NCBI RefSeq assembly: GCF_009914755.1
Contig: NC_060927.1
DNA from: the human T2T-CHM13v2.0 reference genome, Homo sapiens
DNA: 64,000 nt
Strand: one strand, 5' to 3'
The notes below the pieces were generated by a model. The model had not been told where the DNA came from, made no database searches, and worked only from the letters and a program-made list of their open reading frames with translations. Position numbers and translations under genes: made by a program. This document shows positions 49,084 through 64,000 of the stretch, piece by piece. Numbering within the stretch: position 1 is the first letter of the stretch; every line of letters starts with the position of its first letter.

Positions 49084-50060
49084 TTGCAGGAGTGGATGAA
49101 AGGGTATGAACACTGGTGTATCTCTTGATGCATACCACCAAAATATTTTCCAAAATCATTGAAACAATGTACAGTGCCCCCAGCCACAAGTCCACCAGCT
49201 TCTCCAGTCTCATTGACTGGGCTACCCTTCACATTGCAGGTGAGTAGCCTGGCCCAGAGAGGCTAATGGAGTTGCTCAAGGTTACATAGAACTGAGAGAT
49301 GGGAAAATAACCTGTCCCCTCTTCTGCATCTCCAGATGCTCAGATCGGGCCTTTTCTGCTACAATTATTTGGTAGAATGACTGTGAGCTTTGGAGCCAGT
49401 CCTACCTGGGTAACCTGGGGTAGCTCACTTAACCATTCTGAGCATAGATTCCTCTTCTATAAAAGCAGGGATACTCACACTCATTGTGAAGAACAAGCAA
49501 CTACACGTCCAGCCCCCAGCATAGTTCTGGAAGGCAGTAGTAGCCCTAGCCTACAAAATAGGGGCTTGATATATTGTAGTTATTTTCTGACTGTTTTCTG
49601 AACAATTTCCTCCATAACATGAATCAATGCCAAGAGTGAATTGTGAAACACACTTTGTTTTCAGTTACCGCCCAGCCCCATTCTGTGCTGTTCTCTTTCA
49701 ATACCTCCCCCTCATCCTGCCCAGGGCTTGGCACTCTGCCTTCCTCCTGGCAGTGGTGCCAAGGTACGTGCTAACACAGCAATTGGCTTAACACATGATA
49801 CTCCTCCCTTTTGTGTCACAAGGAAAAGATTTTAATCTTCCCTGGGGCTTTCTGGAAACCATGCCTTCATCTGGATTCTAGAAAAATGCTTTTAATGGTG
49901 GTAATTTTGGTCACTAGGGCACACATCAAATCTCAGGATTCTGTTATCTGCCGTCTTAGCCAATGTGCAGAGTCAACTCCAGGAAACCGGGGGAGGCTCA
50001 GGATTGAAGTTTTAATCTTTGCTGCTGTTTTCTAAGCCTGTTTTTATCTTTTGTTTCCAG

Positions 50061-50203
50061 GAGAGGCCATTCCCCTGGTACTGGCCCTGTTTGCCTTTGT
50101 TGGCTTCATGCTGATCCTTGTGGTCGTGCCACTGTTCGTCTGGAAAATGGGCCGGCTGCTCCAGTACTCCTGTTGCCCCGTGGTGGTCCTCCCAGACACC
50201 TTG
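50061..50203 (+). CDS. IL20RB: IL20RB exon 6 (transmembrane and juxtamembrane)
   Basis: ttccAG|(G)EAIPLVLALFAFVGFMLILVVVPLFVWKMGRLLQYSCCPVVVLPDTL, then |GTAATA. Phase 1 to 0. Confidence 0.96.
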
Positions 50204-51574
50204 GTAATAGAGTAGTTCTTTATTCCTTTCAGTATAACACTGACCAGATGTAGTTTGGGCCTTAGCTGGGCATGGGCACATGTTTCCATGTTTCTATCAT
50301 GAGATTATAGGCATCTGCACAGAGAGGGGAGAGGAATACTTATAAAATACTTCATTTCTAACTAGAGGTACTGGAAGAAATCTCCCTTCTCCAGGGCGTG
50401 GTGACCTTCCTGAGGCAAGCCACTTCTGCTTTCTCCCAGGACCTGGGATGGCAAAGAGAGAAGATGTGTTGCCCAGCCCAGGATGCTCAGCATTGCAGGA
50501 GTCACTCATGGTCTTACCCTCCCAGACTGGCCTGCTGAGCATTCTTGGCCTCTTCCCACAATTGTAACAGCAGCTACACCCAATAACATGTTCCAACCCA
50601 ACTTATTCAATTCACATGCCAAAAGCCTCATTGTTCTCAGAGTGAAGAAGATGTACATGGGAGGCATGGACTGTGTTTTGATTTTGGTGGGGTAGGGTGG
50701 GGTGAAGGGACAGCAACCTGGACCTTGATAGTGACTGCCTGAGTTAGGGGACCCTACCTGTATTCTCAGATCCTCATGAGGTCAGAATTCTTATCTTACT
50801 CCTGAGGGCCCTGGACCACAGGTCTGGGTCTCTCCAGTGGGTATAGGACCCATGCACCCATGCAATCGTAGGGGAAACACAAAAGCAGGCCTCCAACAGC
50901 TCCCCCATGTTCTCTGGCTGCCTCTCCAGATGTTTCCCGCCAACCCCCAGACCTCAACCACACAAAGCAGTGCAATAAAACAAAACAAAACAAAAACAAC
51001 AAAAACAAAATCAAAAAGCCCCATCCCTGTCACCCTAGGGAATTCTCACAGTTCTCTCCTGGGAAGAGGGAGCCAGTGTCAGCTTCTGAAAAGCAACTAA
51101 AGCCAGAACTACCTGCAACTTATACATGCCCATAGCTCCTTATCAGCCTGGAGTCACTCTTTCTGAAAGGAGTCATCCTTGTGACATCCCTGTGGCCCTG
51201 CTTTCTCTCCCTAAACAGGAGGAATAATTCTTACTATAATTCAGTCTTCAGGACACCCCTCCACTCTGTTATCCTAATGCCAGATCTCCCTTCTTTCCCA
51301 TACTTCCAGGTAGTCATAACGATGTTAGCTGATACTAGTACAGAGCTAAGTGCCAGATACTGTTCTAAGGCTTTATATTTATTGACTCATTTCTTTTCAT
51401 AAAGCTTGGCAGTGTCCTTTTTATCAGTTCCCCCTCCATCCTTCTCTGAATCACGAATGGCTTACTGCTATGCATAAAGGCAATGGGATATATCATACCC
51501 TGGGAAACAGGGTGGGCCTTTATTACCCTTTAGCAAGAACGTGAGGGTCTCAAAGTACCTTGAAGCATAAAAGG

Positions 51575-55290
<3,716 letters not shown>

Positions 55291-56421
55291 AGAAACCTGC
55301 AATAAAAGAGGAATCCCTTGACCTAATCCAAAGCGATGGTAATGGTAGGGAGCATTTCTGGCTGAGGCATATCAATAGCTCTTCTTTCTCATACGTGGTG
55401 AAAAGCTCAGCCTTCCTCAGCTGGGCTCCATCAGATGGTCTTCTGTTGTGATTTCTCTCTGAACTCTGCTGCCCATGCTTACTCTTACAGGCAACTACAC
55501 TCTTAACACTCTCTCTTATGTTTTCTTTACTAGTTCTATCAGGGGGCCAGAAGAGTTTTTCTCTCTACCTCAAGATCAGGGGAATGAAGATCTTCCCAAG
55601 ACCCAGTGCCTTGTTAGTGAGGAACAGGGTAAAGAGACAGGGAAAGAACCATGTAAAGGGTTAATAACTTACAGGATTTCAGGTACACAAGAAGAGTCCT
55701 CAACAGCTAAGATCTCCTAGGAATCCTGATGTATCATGAGCCACACCCTAAAATCAGCTTTTGGAGAAAACGAAATAGCTTAGATGAGACCAGAGACTGG
55801 AAGACTCTGTGACAGTATGACCAATTTCATCCATGGCAGATAGACGTCACTACCCTTGACTACCTTTTGCTTCCCTGTTCTCTGTTACCATTCTTCCTAC
55901 ATCATTCTGATGTCTGTTCCTACGTGCATTCCCTTCCGTAAGGCTTTTAACTTTTATCCTTACTTCACGCTAAGATTTTTAAAGTGGACAAATTCTCTGA
56001 GTCTATGCATTTCCCCACAGTGCTGTGTGAGAAGCAGATCACTAGCGTCCATTGAATCCCGCACAAATTCTTGAGCTGTGAATCAATACTGCCACCTCCC
56101 CTCTCTCCGCTATGACTTTAGCATAGCCTAGCTGCATTTCTACATGTGTGTTACTTACAGATACTACCCCAAACTATTAAAAAGTGATTTCTAGCCATCC
56201 TTGCAAAGTCAACTCATCTTTCCAACTAAACCATGGAAAATTACCAATCAGAAATCCTTGACAATTCTTCAAAAGGGTCTACTGAGTTTGTGTTTAATTT
56301 ATCTGTATGGACGAAACATTTCATGTCTACGTCTAAAATTTTATAGTAGGTGATGGTTGCACTCTGAAATATGACATTAAGAATTTTTTCCATTAAAGTT
56401 TATATCACCAAGTAATAATCT

Positions 56422-62575
<6,154 letters not shown>

Positions 62576-63267
62576 CACCAAGTAAAAATCTAAAGCAAAA
62601 CTATATATGGAAGGAAAATTATATTAATTCTGCCCAGTATATAGTCTCTGTTTAAAAATATAATTTATTTTCTTTGTCTTGCACCTGTATTTGCTTCATG
62701 GGAATGGGTGCTTTGGTGCTGAAGGGTCTCAGTTTCCTTTCTGTGACTCACTTTATTCTTTCTCTTCTTGCTGTCACATTCTGCTGTAATGTAGGTAGCA
62801 AGCATAAAGATGGTCCCAAATTAGTAATTCTTCAATGAACCGTCCAAGTATGACCTTGCATGCTTCATAGAAAGTGGAGTTTGTGAACTCAGATGCCTCT
62901 GAGTCCACACAGGCTCTGGAAAGAAGAAAAAAAAGCAAAAGGAAAGAACTTGCAGTGCAATGAATGTAACTCAATAGGGAGGGGGATGGGGATCATGGCA
63001 AATATGTTTCATCTTCTCAGCGACAGCAGGTTGCTACCAAGAGGAAGTGTGAGCCAGTGCTGCCAGATCTCCAAGTTTTAAATGAGAAGCCCAGAAATCT
63101 AGATTTTTATGAGAAATCTCTTGATTTTTAAATGTTGAAAACTGATTCCGATTTTATAAAATATGCTGAGCTTTGCTTGAAAATTAGTTCTAAACTGTGG
63201 GACCACAGTTTTGCACCTTCCAAAATTCTGAGATTATGATGTTTGTTTTACATTAATGTGCTAGAAC

Positions 63268-63573
63268 TGCACTGTCTAATACAGTAGCCACTAGTCATAT
63301 CTGTTAGACAGTAGAAATGTGGCTCGTCCAAATTGAGATGTATTTTAAATATAAAATATGGAATGGATTTTAAAGGCAGAATAAAACAAGAATATAAAAT
63401 ATTTCAGTCATTTTTTAAGTGACGTGTTAAAATGATAATATTTTGGATATATTTGTTAAATAAAATATATTATTAAAATTAGTTCCACCTGTTTCTTTTT
63501 ACTTTTAAAATGTGCTACCAGATTTTAAAAATTGCATATGTGATTCACATTATATTTCTATTGGACAGCACTG
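63268..63573. mobile_element. MER33/MER3-like hAT element
   Basis: Inverted ends ctgcactgtctaata ... tattggacagcactg. Confidence 0.65.
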
Positions 63574-64000
63574 TTCTGGAATTTAAAAAATGATCATGTA
63601 TGACCACTGCAGATGTAGGGAGTTAGTGTCCTGAGAATCTGACTGCACCAGCAGCAGCGAGCCAATGGGCTTCACACTAACACCCCCGCTTAGTGAATGC
63701 TGCTGTGTGTTGCCTCTTCCTGTTGGCATTTGCCCATGGACACCAAGAGTGAGCCTCTGTGGCTGCCTCTTTGCAAACAAGGATGAAGGGAGACTGGCTC
63801 AATGAAGCTGATGTCTCCTGAGGAACTGAGGTGGAGGAAACCATTGTGCCTATTTGTGCCCAGATGGTACCCTTGGGAGTGATGAGGAGAAGGGCCGAGA
63901 GAGATAACTGTAGAAGAACCTAGAGATTTTGGCAGAGGTGAGCAGGCGAGTAATAGGTGGGAGAGTCCACCTGAAAAGTTGATGTCTGCATGTTTATAAC

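Noticed and set aside
50058-50063. NAGNAG (CAG GAG) acceptor at exon 6
   Set aside because: A distal GAG is rarely used and the effect would be a single residue.

Overview
Human (primate) genomic DNA, not microbial. The + strand carries the last two coding exons and 3'UTR of NCK1 (SH3-SH3-SH2 part, 270-3124) and, about 9 kb downstream, exons 1-6 of IL20RB (12775-50203; the last exon is beyond the window). The IL20RB introns are rich in transposons: a full-length young L1HS pre-Ta (18343-24403, antisense; intact ORF1 and ORF0; ORF2 broken by a 1-bp deletion and a TAG), a nested L1MA-type element with an internal deletion, a solo LTR12C (41368-42798, antisense), a full-length older L1PA5/6-like element (56422-62575, antisense), about 20 Alus, and MIR/L2/hAT relics. 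Main leads: (i) the L1HS antisense promoter and ORF0 splice donors are in phase with IL20RB exons 2 and 3, predicting an ORF0-IL20RB fusion that swaps out the signal peptide; (ii) both full-length L1s share the same non-consensus ORF2 stop (ACG TAG), suggesting a short gene conversion; (iii) a dense uORF cluster in the IL20RB leader; (iv) a template-switch scar in the old L1. Repeat subfamily calls come from recalled consensus features, not from a RepeatMasker run.
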